A stretch of DNA of 64,000 bases, taken from NCBI GenBank assembly GCA_017646015.1, contig JAGCNI010000009.1:10535-74534 (forward strand), read 5' to 3'. Of the stretch, positions 52,299 to 60,854 are shown piece by piece. This stretch comes from Lentisphaeria bacterium (GTDB lineage Bacteria; Verrucomicrobiota; Lentisphaeria; Victivallales; UBA1829). Every line of letters begins with the position of its first letter. Position 1 is the stretch's first letter. The notes beneath the pieces are model-generated. The model saw nothing but the letters and a program-made list of their open reading frames with translations, did no database searches and was not told where the DNA came from. The position numbers and the translations under genes were made by a program.

Positions 52299-55200
52299 AT
52301 GAAACATTTTATAGTAACAGCTTTTCTGGCAGGAGCAGCCATGCTGGTTTCTGCGGAAAATCTTGTGAAGAATCCGGGATTTGAAAAAGGAGGAAACTGG
52401 TGGTTCAGCAATTCTGTTTTCTCTATACAGAAAACTGCGACTGGCCGTGTTTTCCGTATTTTCTCGGACAAAGAACTCAAACCGACTTTTGCGGAACAGA
52501 CTCCCGCAATGCCGGTCACTGCAGGTGAGACCTATGAATTCTCCTGCCGTTTCCGGAATAAAGCCAAGAGCGGGGATGTGCATTTCCTCTTCCTGATCCG
52601 GAACAGTGAAAACCGTTGTATCGTTTTCCTGAAATCTCCTGAAATCAAAGGAAAAGGCGATGAAAAATGGGAAACTCTGCGTTACTCTTTCACCGTCCCG
52701 GAAAAAGGGGTTGCAGTTCAGTTGCGGGTATATGCGGGGATGTCTTTCTCCGGTGAAGTCGAGCTGGATGATCTTGTTTTGAAAAAAGGAAGCGGAGAAA
52801 TTACTGTCCCGGAACAGCCCCGGAAACCGGAGCAGAACGGGAAGACTCTCTCTTTTTTTTTGAAAAATTCACTGAATTTAACTGATTTTCGTGCATTCCC
52901 GGGAGGGGGAGAAAAAGCCGCTGTTCAGAAAACAGAACTCTATCTTGCAGTTGCAGAAGAGAATCTTTACGGCTGTTTCAAACTGTTTCATGCTCCCGGA
53001 AAAGAGTTCCGGAAAGTCGTTTCGCCGCGTGACAATGAAACATTGTTGTGGCAGAATGAAGTTCTGGAACTTTTTATTTCCCACATCAATTCCGAAGCTC
53101 CGTTATATCAGATCGCATTTGATCCTCACGGTCAGATCTATGATGCCCGGGATGACAAAACGGATTGGGATTGCAATATCAAGATCCGTTCTGAAAAGTT
53201 GAGCGATGATTGCACGCTGGTGTTTTTTGAACTGCCGCTTTCAGATATCGGTTATCATTATGAAAACAAGGACAGTGGAATCCGTTTCCGGATGAATGTT
53301 GCCAGAAATCATTCCACACTGGGGGCATCCATGGCACCTGTTTCGATCTGGCTTCCCGCTCAACATTTCCGTGATGTGAAGATGATGCCGGTGTTTACAG
53401 TGCAGCAGACACGCAAACCGGAACGTATTTCCGGTCGTTTCATTGGTTCTGCCGCCATTGAAGCGGTCAAAGATCCTGCCCAGTGGTGGAAAGTGAATGA
53501 TCCTCTGTTCAAAGAGTTGATCTCGGATAAACCGGCACCGTTCCCCGGCTTGCGTATGTTCAGTTGGAACATGCCGATCCAGCATCACCGCAACCGTGAT
53601 TATGCGTTGCAGTACGGAAGAACTTTTGACTTCGCAGAACGTCTTGCAGAGTATGACCGGAGCGGGATCCGTCACCTGGAAATGTATCACCGTACTCCGG
53701 ATAAGAAACTTCTGCCGTGGATGGATGGGAAAAAAGGAAGAAGTATCATGCTTCTCTATTTCTCCTCCAGAACGGTCTTTGATCCCTACCGGATGTTTGA
53801 AGGTCTTGCGGATGAAGCAAAAGAGGAATTGGATAAAAATCCGGGCAGATATTCCGGTGTGGCTATGCCGGATGAATATCTCAGTGCAGTTGACTCGCAC
53901 CTGATCTATGCTGCCAGAAATCCGAAAACTGCTGCCTCCATGGAAAAGATCCTTCAGGAGATCCGCGAAAAATATGGCTATGGCAAGTTTGATGTCCCCT
54001 CTTCTCCGGAATCCGATACAGAACCTTTTGCACGATTGGCAGGCAGAAAATATCTGCTCGATAAAATCGTGCTTGCACAGAAAAAGATGATGGAGGTCTG
54101 CCGGGAACATCAGAACAGAACCGGAAATATTGTGCAGGTTATTTCTTCCGACCCCACTTCCCAGTTGCGGATCCAGCACCAGAGTCGTGTCGGTGTCTAT
54201 GCGGATATGGTCAATGTCCAGAGCGGATCGGCAAACAGTTCGTTCCGTCAGCGGACCGGATTCGGTGCAAAACTTGTGGCTGATCTTTCCGGCAAACCGG
54301 CATTCTGTTATGTTCACCTTGAAAACCTCAACAATGTCAGTTATGATGCAGAGGCATCTGCTTCTCTCCTGAGTGAAGCATTCCGTGCCGGTGCCATCGG
54401 GGTCGCTCTTTATCCTGTTGACTGGGCTGGAGTTACACGCCGTCAGGGCAGCACCAATACCGATGCTTACGGACATCCTCCCCGCTGGACGACCATTCTG
54501 GAGACAGCCAAGATCATCAACAGGATGAATCTTCTGAAACTTCCGGAACCGGATTATGCAGTTTTCGTTTCCAATGATTCTGCATTGAGCCGTCGCCGTT
54601 GGGAAGCGACTCAGTATGAAGCCTTTTTCAATCTTGCCGGTCCCGGTGCCCGTACATGGTTCCGTTTTATTTCCGATGTGCAGCTGTTGGACGGCAAACA
54701 GAAGTTGTCCAACTGGAAATTTATTGTCATTCCCAAAGCGGATATTGTGGATGTGAAACTGTATCCGTTCTTTGAAGAGTATGTAAAAAATGGAGGAACA
54801 CTGGTCTGTTACGATCCGGATTTCTCCAAATTCCGCCCGGATGGAAACAGTGGTCTTGATTTCACCCGGAAACTTTTCGGTGTAACTGTCCGGAAAACAA
54901 AATTCTATGACCGTGTGCGTCCGGATTCCCGGAACAGTCTGATGAAAGGTACGGCGAAGGAAATTCCTCTTGCCGCCGGAGATCTGAAACTGGAAGGCAA
55001 AGGTGTGAAAGTTCTTGCCGTTTCCCCTGCCGGTGATGCGGTTATAACAGAAAAGAGTTATCCCAATGGCGGCAGAGCGATCATGATCGCCCGTGAACTC
55101 AGTCATGCCGATGGTGCCCGTGCTGAATGGCGTGAATTCAACAAGAAATTCCTTGCCAATCTCGGTGCAAAGACCGGACAGGATATATGGCGTTTCACCT

Positions 55201-55775
55201 TCCCGCATAAAAAAGTGGCAAAACCGAAAGTCTCCGGAAAATGTCTGACCGGAAACCATTTCATCTGGTGGCGCGATAAAGCGGAACTGACAGCGAATGA
55301 GAAAGTCGCTCCGAATGCACGTTATACTCTGACTCTTGCTCCGGATGTTCCCGTTTCCAAAAATCTCACCTACAAATTGGATACCGGAAACTGGACCAAC
55401 CGTGCGAAAGCCTTTACCGCCGGAGACCTTTTCAATGCTCTGAAAAACCGTTTCATCATCCGGGAAGGAAAGATCCGTCTTGATATGTTTGCGGATACAT
55501 TCAGCAAAACAGATGCTTTCCGGGCGCGTTTTGATTTCGGGAAAAAAGTTCCTGCCCGCCGTGTCCGCATCTTCTGGAACGGTACTCTGCCGGAAGTCAC
55601 TGTTACGACCGGAGATGGCAGAACTGCCCGTTCCGCTGCTGCTGAAACAGAAGATGTCCGCATGACTGAAATCACACTGCCGCGCGGAAGTGCCACCGAT
55701 ACAGTGACTCTCTCTTTCGGAAAACGTCCTGTCGGGAAAAAACTGATTATCAGTGAAATTGAGATCTGGGATTGA
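52299..55775 (+). CDS. Large secreted carbohydrate-binding/glycan-processing protein (CBM4/9-like and CBM9/DOMON-like N-terminal modules), catalytic function unknown
   Basis: Signal peptide MKHFIVTAFLAGAAMLVSA. ENLVKNPGFEKGGNWW is a typical CBM_4_9 start. LYLAVAEENLYGCFKL...WQNEVLELFI...YQIAFDPHG is CBM9-like. 1158 aa, RBS aaggagga. Confidence 0.55.
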   Translation: MKHFIVTAFLAGAAMLVSAENLVKNPGFEKGGNWWFSNSVFSIQKTATGRVFRIFSDKELKPTFAEQTPAMPVTAGETYEFSCRFRNKAKSGDVHFLFLIRNSENRCIVFLKSPEIKGKGDEKWETLRYSFTVPEKGVAVQLRVYAGMSFSGEVELDDLVLKKGSGEITVPEQPRKPEQNGKTLSFFLKNSLNLTDFRAFPGGGEKAAVQKTELYLAVAEENLYGCFKLFHAPGKEFRKVVSPRDNETLLWQNEVLELFISHINSEAPLYQIAFDPHGQIYDARDDKTDWDCNIKIRSEKLSDDCTLVFFELPLSDIGYHYENKDSGIRFRMNVARNHSTLGASMAPVSIWLPAQHFRDVKMMPVFTVQQTRKPERISGRFIGSAAIEAVKDPAQWWKVNDPLFKELISDKPAPFPGLRMFSWNMPIQHHRNRDYALQYGRTFDFAERLAEYDRSGIRHLEMYHRTPDKKLLPWMDGKKGRSIMLLYFSSRTVFDPYRMFEGLADEAKEELDKNPGRYSGVAMPDEYLSAVDSHLIYAARNPKTAASMEKILQEIREKYGYGKFDVPSSPESDTEPFARLAGRKYLLDKIVLAQKKMMEVCREHQNRTGNIVQVISSDPTSQLRIQHQSRVGVYADMVNVQSGSANSSFRQRTGFGAKLVADLSGKPAFCYVHLENLNNVSYDAEASASLLSEAFRAGAIGVALYPVDWAGVTRRQGSTNTDAYGHPPRWTTILETAKIINRMNLLKLPEPDYAVFVSNDSALSRRRWEATQYEAFFNLAGPGARTWFRFISDVQLLDGKQKLSNWKFIVIPKADIVDVKLYPFFEEYVKNGGTLVCYDPDFSKFRPDGNSGLDFTRKLFGVTVRKTKFYDRVRPDSRNSLMKGTAKEIPLAAGDLKLEGKGVKVLAVSPAGDAVITEKSYPNGGRAIMIARELSHADGARAEWREFNKKFLANLGAKTGQDIWRFTFPHKKVAKPKVSGKCLTGNHFIWWRDKAELTANEKVAPNARYTLTLAPDVPVSKNLTYKLDTGNWTNRAKAFTAGDLFNALKNRFIIREGKIRLDMFADTFSKTDAFRARFDFGKKVPARRVRIFWNGTLPEVTVTTGDGRTARSAAAETEDVRMTEITLPRGSATDTVTLSFGKRPVGKKLIISEIEIWD

Positions 55776-55834
55776 CAACGGCCTGTTTTGTGTTATATTT
55801 TTGAGCAGTTCAATAAAGAAAGGGTTGTTTTATT

Positions 55835-57499
55835 ATGTATCCGACAGGTTGGAGAAATCAAGTTCCTCTCACACAGGAGCAGATGCGATTGCAGTTTGAT
55901 AAAAATGGAGCATTGCTGGGGGAACAGGATTCATTCTATCCGGAAATCTATCTTTCCTTTACAGTTCCTGTTCCGGAAAATCTCCCGGCGGAAGATCTTG
56001 TTTTGATCGATGCCGCTTCCGGCTCCAATGGCTGGCAATGTATCCTGACAATGCAGGGGCGTATCCGTCTGGTGAAACGGTGTGACGGCAAGATCATTCT
56101 GGAAGCAAGGCCTCCTGTGGGGACTCTGGACATTCCGGAACTCCATATTGAGTTGCTTCTCACCAATATTGTCTGGCCGCTCCGTTCGATCGAATGGCAG
56201 AATGATGATCCGCTGGACTATTCCAGAGCGGAAATATTTGTCAACGGAAGAATGCTTTCGGACATCAATATGAGAGAACCGGATCTGGCAGTTGTTCCGC
56301 TTTGTCTGAAAACTGCCGATGTGTGTTCCAATGTTGAAGTTTATAATACAGTCCGCCGTGATCTGTTCTTTCTTCCGGATGATCCGGGCGGTCCGGTGCT
56401 GGATACGGAATTTCCGGATGCCTCCCGTGCTTTCGGGCGGTATGACAGCAAAACAGGAGTGTATCATCTCTTTACCGGATCGGAATTTGTCCGGAGTGAT
56501 TCCTATTGGCTTTTCTGCCGGATCACCACACCTGGCGGACTGGTTCGGGTATATCCGACAGAATTTGACGCTGCGCCCATGGCTCCGGTCTATTTCCGGA
56601 GTCAGGATAGAAAAACATGGGTGCGGTGTGAACTGCTTGACTGTACCGATGGAAGCGGAAGAAACCGTCCTCTGATCTGTCTGCCGGAAGGAACATGGTA
56701 TCTTTCCACCTCGATTCCCTTTATGAAACAGGAGCAGGATCTTCTGTTTGAAAGATTCGGTAAACTGCCGGATTTTGAAGTTACAGAGATCGGGAAATCG
56801 ACACTTGGACATCCTGTTTCCCTGCTTCGTGCGGGACATGGAAAGTATCGTATCTTTTTTGTCATCGGGCAACATTCCCCCATGGAAATGATCGGTTGTC
56901 ATATCCTTGTTTCCATGCTGGAACACTTTGCAGCTGATCCTTCTTTACGGGAACGTTTTACGCTGTATGCGGTTCCGCCGCTCAACATGGATGCGGCTGT
57001 TTCCGGCGGGGATGGCTGGAATGCTCTCGGTTGGAACACCAACCGTTGCTGGTTTGAAAATATTCAGCCGGAAACCCGTGCAGTGGAAGAATTTCTGCTG
57101 CAATCAGGGCTCAAGCCGGATCTGTTGATCGACTGGCACTCCGGCGGTGTCTGGAAAGGACATTCCGTGTTGTATTACAACGATGAAATCATCGGGCAGC
57201 ATGCCGGGGACAAGGCGGAGAAAATGATTGCCCTCAACAGACAGTTCCGTTCTCTGTTGGAAAAAGAGTGCGGATTCCGTCATTCGGAACAGTATGATTT
57301 CCCTTACCGGAATTATTGTGCTCATGATTGGTTCCAGCTTCATTTCCCGGAATCTGTGAGTGTGACGATCGAACTTTCCGTGACAACCTGTTTTGATCCG
57401 GAAAAGAATCATTATATCAAAGTGGATCAGGAATCCCTGTACCGTTACGGATCCGGTATGATCCGCGTTATTTGTGCAATGGAGGAAAACAGCAAATGA
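55835..57499 (+). CDS. Protein with a C-terminal M14-like (zinc carboxypeptidase fold) domain
   Basis: FFVIGQHSPMEMIG and LIDWHSGG resemble the first and third zinc-ligand blocks of M14-like enzymes. The N-terminal ~300 aa is unassigned. Confidence 0.4.
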   Translation: MYPTGWRNQVPLTQEQMRLQFDKNGALLGEQDSFYPEIYLSFTVPVPENLPAEDLVLIDAASGSNGWQCILTMQGRIRLVKRCDGKIILEARPPVGTLDIPELHIELLLTNIVWPLRSIEWQNDDPLDYSRAEIFVNGRMLSDINMREPDLAVVPLCLKTADVCSNVEVYNTVRRDLFFLPDDPGGPVLDTEFPDASRAFGRYDSKTGVYHLFTGSEFVRSDSYWLFCRITTPGGLVRVYPTEFDAAPMAPVYFRSQDRKTWVRCELLDCTDGSGRNRPLICLPEGTWYLSTSIPFMKQEQDLLFERFGKLPDFEVTEIGKSTLGHPVSLLRAGHGKYRIFFVIGQHSPMEMIGCHILVSMLEHFAADPSLRERFTLYAVPPLNMDAAVSGGDGWNALGWNTNRCWFENIQPETRAVEEFLLQSGLKPDLLIDWHSGGVWKGHSVLYYNDEIIGQHAGDKAEKMIALNRQFRSLLEKECGFRHSEQYDFPYRNYCAHDWFQLHFPESVSVTIELSVTTCFDPEKNHYIKVDQESLYRYGSGMIRVICAMEENSK

Positions 57500-59628
57500 A
57501 TAAAGAGGATTATCCTTTGATTGGAGCTTCAATTCCGACAGGACTTGAGGCGGTAAAAGATTTTGTGCGTTTGAAACTCGGCAATCTGGCATCATTTGCC
57601 CTGCCGAAAGATAAAGAAGAAGCGAAAGCGGTCATGCGTTATTGCCGCGAACATAAGATTTACGTGGGACTTGCAGAATTTATTCATCGTGATGCAAGCA
57701 AAAGCCGTTGGCACGGTCCGGTTCTTCCGCGGGATGAATATCAGGAGATTTTTGATGAAGCGGGCGAATATTTCACTGGTCGCGGTTCGATCGGGGAAGT
57801 GGGCGGATTGCTGTACTGGCCGAGAGAATATACACTGGATGGTGCTATCGGGGAATATTCCAGTTTGCCTCCGTGTAAAACAGTGACCGAAGCCCATGAC
57901 CGTTTTGTGGGTTTCATGAAAGAACGTCTGGAATATGAACGCAATGAAATTGCTCCCGGACCTTTTGTCAATACTGATTCCAGTATTGTGTTCCCCTGGT
58001 ATGCAGAAGCCGGAACAGATGTGCTCTGTCTGGAACTGATGCCCGGTGATCCTCTGTTGTGTCTGAGTTCGATCCGCGGAACAGCCAAAGCGACAGGGAA
58101 AACCTGGGGTACTCACATTGCGATCTGTTGGTATGGCGGTTGGCAGTTTGATGAGATCTGGCTCAAACGCTGGAAACTTTCTCTGTATCTTTCCTGGATC
58201 GCCGGAGCCCATTTCCTGTATCCGGAATCCGGTCACTATACCTACCACAGTCTTGCCAATCAGGAATATGGTTTTCATACACCGGAAACAAGATCGATCC
58301 GCCGTGTCCTCCGGGAAATCTGCCGTTTCGGAAAAATCCATAAACGCCCCTCGGACGGTCCGGATGTCAATTTCGGTGTGATCCATGGTCAGGATGATGG
58401 TCATCCCGGAATCTGGAATCCCTATGTGTGGGGTCAATATGAAGACGGTAATGAATGGGAATCCGGACCGGCTGAACACAGTTGGTTCCTGCTCCGTCTG
58501 CTCCGCCGTAAACAGGATCCTTTCCGGATCGAACTTTTCGGCAGTCGTGACACCTCCGGCAATCCGCCGGAAGGGCAGTATGATATTGTTCCCGCCTATG
58601 CGGACAACTTCTCTGACTACAAGGCTCTGATCTTCCTCGGCTACAACCGCATGGATGAAAAACAGTATCAGAAACTGATTCAGTATGTCAAAGACGGCGG
58701 ACACCTGATCATCGGTCTGCCGCACTTCAATGTTTCCGATATCCATGGCGAAATCAAGCTGATCAACGACGGTGATCTTACCGAATTGAGCGGTGTCCGG
58801 ATCACCGGCAGACAGGAAGGTCATGTCCGTGGAATGCAGTTCCTTCGTCAGCCGGAAGTTCCCGGATGCACCATTCCGCTGTTGGCTCCGCGTGCCGATC
58901 CTATCTACAACGGGAGAATGGAAGCTGCGGATGTGGTCGTTACCGATCCGTCCGTCCGGATCATTGCCGGTCATACGATCGGACGTGGTACAGAGTTTAC
59001 TCTGGAAGGTTTGGACAAGCATCCTCTGCTGGTCGAAAGAAAGCTGGGCAAGGGATATGTCTGGACCATTACTTCCTTCTCCTGGCTGGGTGATACCGGT
59101 ATGCGTTCGTTTGCAGAAACTCTGCTGCGTACTGTTGCCTCTTCCTGCCGTACACGTTTCCCGGATCTTCTGGCTCCGGATACTCTCCGCTGGGCTGTCT
59201 ATGATACTTCCTACGGAAAAAATGTGTATATGCTCAATACCGATACCGATCTTTCTGCTCCGGTTCGTTTCACGGACGGTAAGGAAAACACAAAAGAACT
59301 TCTGGTTGCGCCTGCCGATATGCGGTACGCATGTATTGTCGGAAAGGATCTGTTGATCGTTCCGGAAGACCGCAACTGTGTGTTGAAAGAAACTGACTCC
59401 GGTCTCTGTTTTGAAACCAGAGAACAGATCATGTATTTCCATAACTTCAGCGAAGCAGCAATGCAGGTTCAGGTGAATGGAAAAGAGCTCAAACTTGATG
59501 CACATTCCGGTATGAATATGGTTGTTCCGGAAAACCTGCCGGCGGAAGATGACAGAAAAGAACTGTTTGATGACGCATGGCTGGATGAGGAAGATTTTGA
59601 AGTTGCAGGGGATCGTCTTCCCTATTAA
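57496..59628 (+). CDS. Hypothetical protein (710 aa), possibly a glycan-active enzyme
   Basis: ATGA overlap with the preceding gene, and RBS ggagga 9 nt upstream. There is no signal peptide and no motif I can name. Confidence 0.5.
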   Translation: MNKEDYPLIGASIPTGLEAVKDFVRLKLGNLASFALPKDKEEAKAVMRYCREHKIYVGLAEFIHRDASKSRWHGPVLPRDEYQEIFDEAGEYFTGRGSIGEVGGLLYWPREYTLDGAIGEYSSLPPCKTVTEAHDRFVGFMKERLEYERNEIAPGPFVNTDSSIVFPWYAEAGTDVLCLELMPGDPLLCLSSIRGTAKATGKTWGTHIAICWYGGWQFDEIWLKRWKLSLYLSWIAGAHFLYPESGHYTYHSLANQEYGFHTPETRSIRRVLREICRFGKIHKRPSDGPDVNFGVIHGQDDGHPGIWNPYVWGQYEDGNEWESGPAEHSWFLLRLLRRKQDPFRIELFGSRDTSGNPPEGQYDIVPAYADNFSDYKALIFLGYNRMDEKQYQKLIQYVKDGGHLIIGLPHFNVSDIHGEIKLINDGDLTELSGVRITGRQEGHVRGMQFLRQPEVPGCTIPLLAPRADPIYNGRMEAADVVVTDPSVRIIAGHTIGRGTEFTLEGLDKHPLLVERKLGKGYVWTITSFSWLGDTGMRSFAETLLRTVASSCRTRFPDLLAPDTLRWAVYDTSYGKNVYMLNTDTDLSAPVRFTDGKENTKELLVAPADMRYACIVGKDLLIVPEDRNCVLKETDSGLCFETREQIMYFHNFSEAAMQVQVNGKELKLDAHSGMNMVVPENLPAEDDRKELFDDAWLDEEDFEVAGDRLPY

Positions 59629-59659
59629 GTGGCAGAGCAGATACAAAAGGAGTAACAAT

Positions 59660-60751
59660 ATGGGAAAGAATCTTGGAGAACTGGATAAAGCAATGTCAGC
59701 GGGAGTTGTCAACCGTGACGGCATGGATTGGTATTCGGTTGATGATCCCGGCTTTGAGCTGAATGGTTTTTATTGGAGAAAACCGGGGGATCTGATGCGT
59801 CGTATTCCTTTGGATATGACAGTCTCTGAGGAATTGGATGAGCTTGCCTGGAATACTGCCGGAGGGATGTTGCGTTTCAAATCCGATGCAACAGAGATCC
59901 GCATTACAGTTGAACTGGCTCATTATTTCAATGCTTCTGATAACATGACACCTCTCGGAGGACGCGGATTCGATCTTTATGTCGGCAGCGGCAGTGCAAA
60001 ATATTTTGCCAGAGTCGGACGTTTTGATCCGTCTCAGAACGCTTATACAACAGAATTGTTCGGTCCAGTCACGGAAAAAAAGATGCGTGAATTCACCATT
60101 AATTTTCCGTTGTATGCCGGGATCGCCCATTTGGAAATCGGCTTGTCTGAGGGGGCAGTGGTGCAATCGCCATCCCCCTGGTGCGATCCGCGTCCAATCG
60201 TGTACTACGGAACCAGTATCCAACAGGGAGGCAGTGCCTCCCGTCCGGGAATGTCTGCAAACAATCAGATGAGCCGTTTGTTGAACCGTCCGTTTCTGAA
60301 TTTTGGTTTTTCCGGCAATGGAAGAGGCGAACCTGTGATGGCGGAACTGCTTGCGGAGATCGAAGATCCGGCGATGTATATTCTGGAATATGATGCCAAT
60401 GCCGGCAGTGCCGGGCTTCGTGCCACATTGGCAAACTTTATTGAGATTTTGCGGAAGAAACATCCGGAGGTTCCCATTCTTCAGGTTTCCAAAATGTATG
60501 GAGCAAAAGAGGTTTGGGAAGGAGTGGAATACAATGAGAATCGTCTTGCTTTGACGGATGCACATCTGAATGTATTGCGTCAGCGTCGTGCTGCCGGGGA
60601 CAAGAATATTCATTATCTGGATGGTATGAATTTGTATGGTACAGATCCATCGGAATGTACCATTGACGGTACACATCCCACTGATCTCGGCTTTTATTTT
60701 GAAGCGCACCGGATGGCTCCGGTGATCCGGAATCTGCTGGAGAACCGCTGA
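59660..60751 (+). CDS. SGNH/GDSL-family hydrolase (probable carbohydrate esterase) with an N-terminal beta-sandwich domain
   Basis: Block I VYYGTSIQQG, block III-like FSGNGRGE, block V DGTHPTDLG. ATG 59660 is preceded by aaaaggag. Confidence 0.7.
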   Translation: MGKNLGELDKAMSAGVVNRDGMDWYSVDDPGFELNGFYWRKPGDLMRRIPLDMTVSEELDELAWNTAGGMLRFKSDATEIRITVELAHYFNASDNMTPLGGRGFDLYVGSGSAKYFARVGRFDPSQNAYTTELFGPVTEKKMREFTINFPLYAGIAHLEIGLSEGAVVQSPSPWCDPRPIVYYGTSIQQGGSASRPGMSANNQMSRLLNRPFLNFGFSGNGRGEPVMAELLAEIEDPAMYILEYDANAGSAGLRATLANFIEILRKKHPEVPILQVSKMYGAKEVWEGVEYNENRLALTDAHLNVLRQRRAAGDKNIHYLDGMNLYGTDPSECTIDGTHPTDLGFYFEAHRMAPVIRNLLENR

Positions 60752-60776
60752 ACCTGAAAGTTCTATTGAAAAACAG

Positions 60777-60828
60777 AAACTCCGGTAAGGGACGTGCAGA
60801 AGCATATCTTTACCGGAGTTTTATTTTA
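60777..60828. terminator. Bidirectional terminator between the convergent SGNH and GH127 genes
   Basis: Perfect 12 bp stem aaactccggtaa (60777-88) / ttaccggagttt (60810-21). It is followed by tattttact on the plus strand and ctgttttt on the minus strand. Confidence 0.6.
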
Positions 60829-60854
60829 CTCTTTATTCAGAGAGTTATTTCTGT

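Noticed and set aside
53241-55778. 845 aa minus-strand ORF, the second-longest ORF in the window.
   Set aside because: It is codon-aligned antisense to the 52299..55775 gene, which has an RBS, a signal peptide and CBM motifs. The antisense translation is Cys/Phe/Arg/Ile-rich with no recognisable domain, no RBS and no sensible start context. I treat it as a shadow ORF (see the antisense finding).
57592-59724. 710 aa minus-strand ORF, plus the neighbouring 59696..60805 and 61308..62582 antisense ORFs.
   Set aside because: They show the same codon-aligned shadow pattern opposite genes with coupling overlaps, RBSs and motifs (SGNH blocks, GH127 blocks). Their own sequences carry no motif support.
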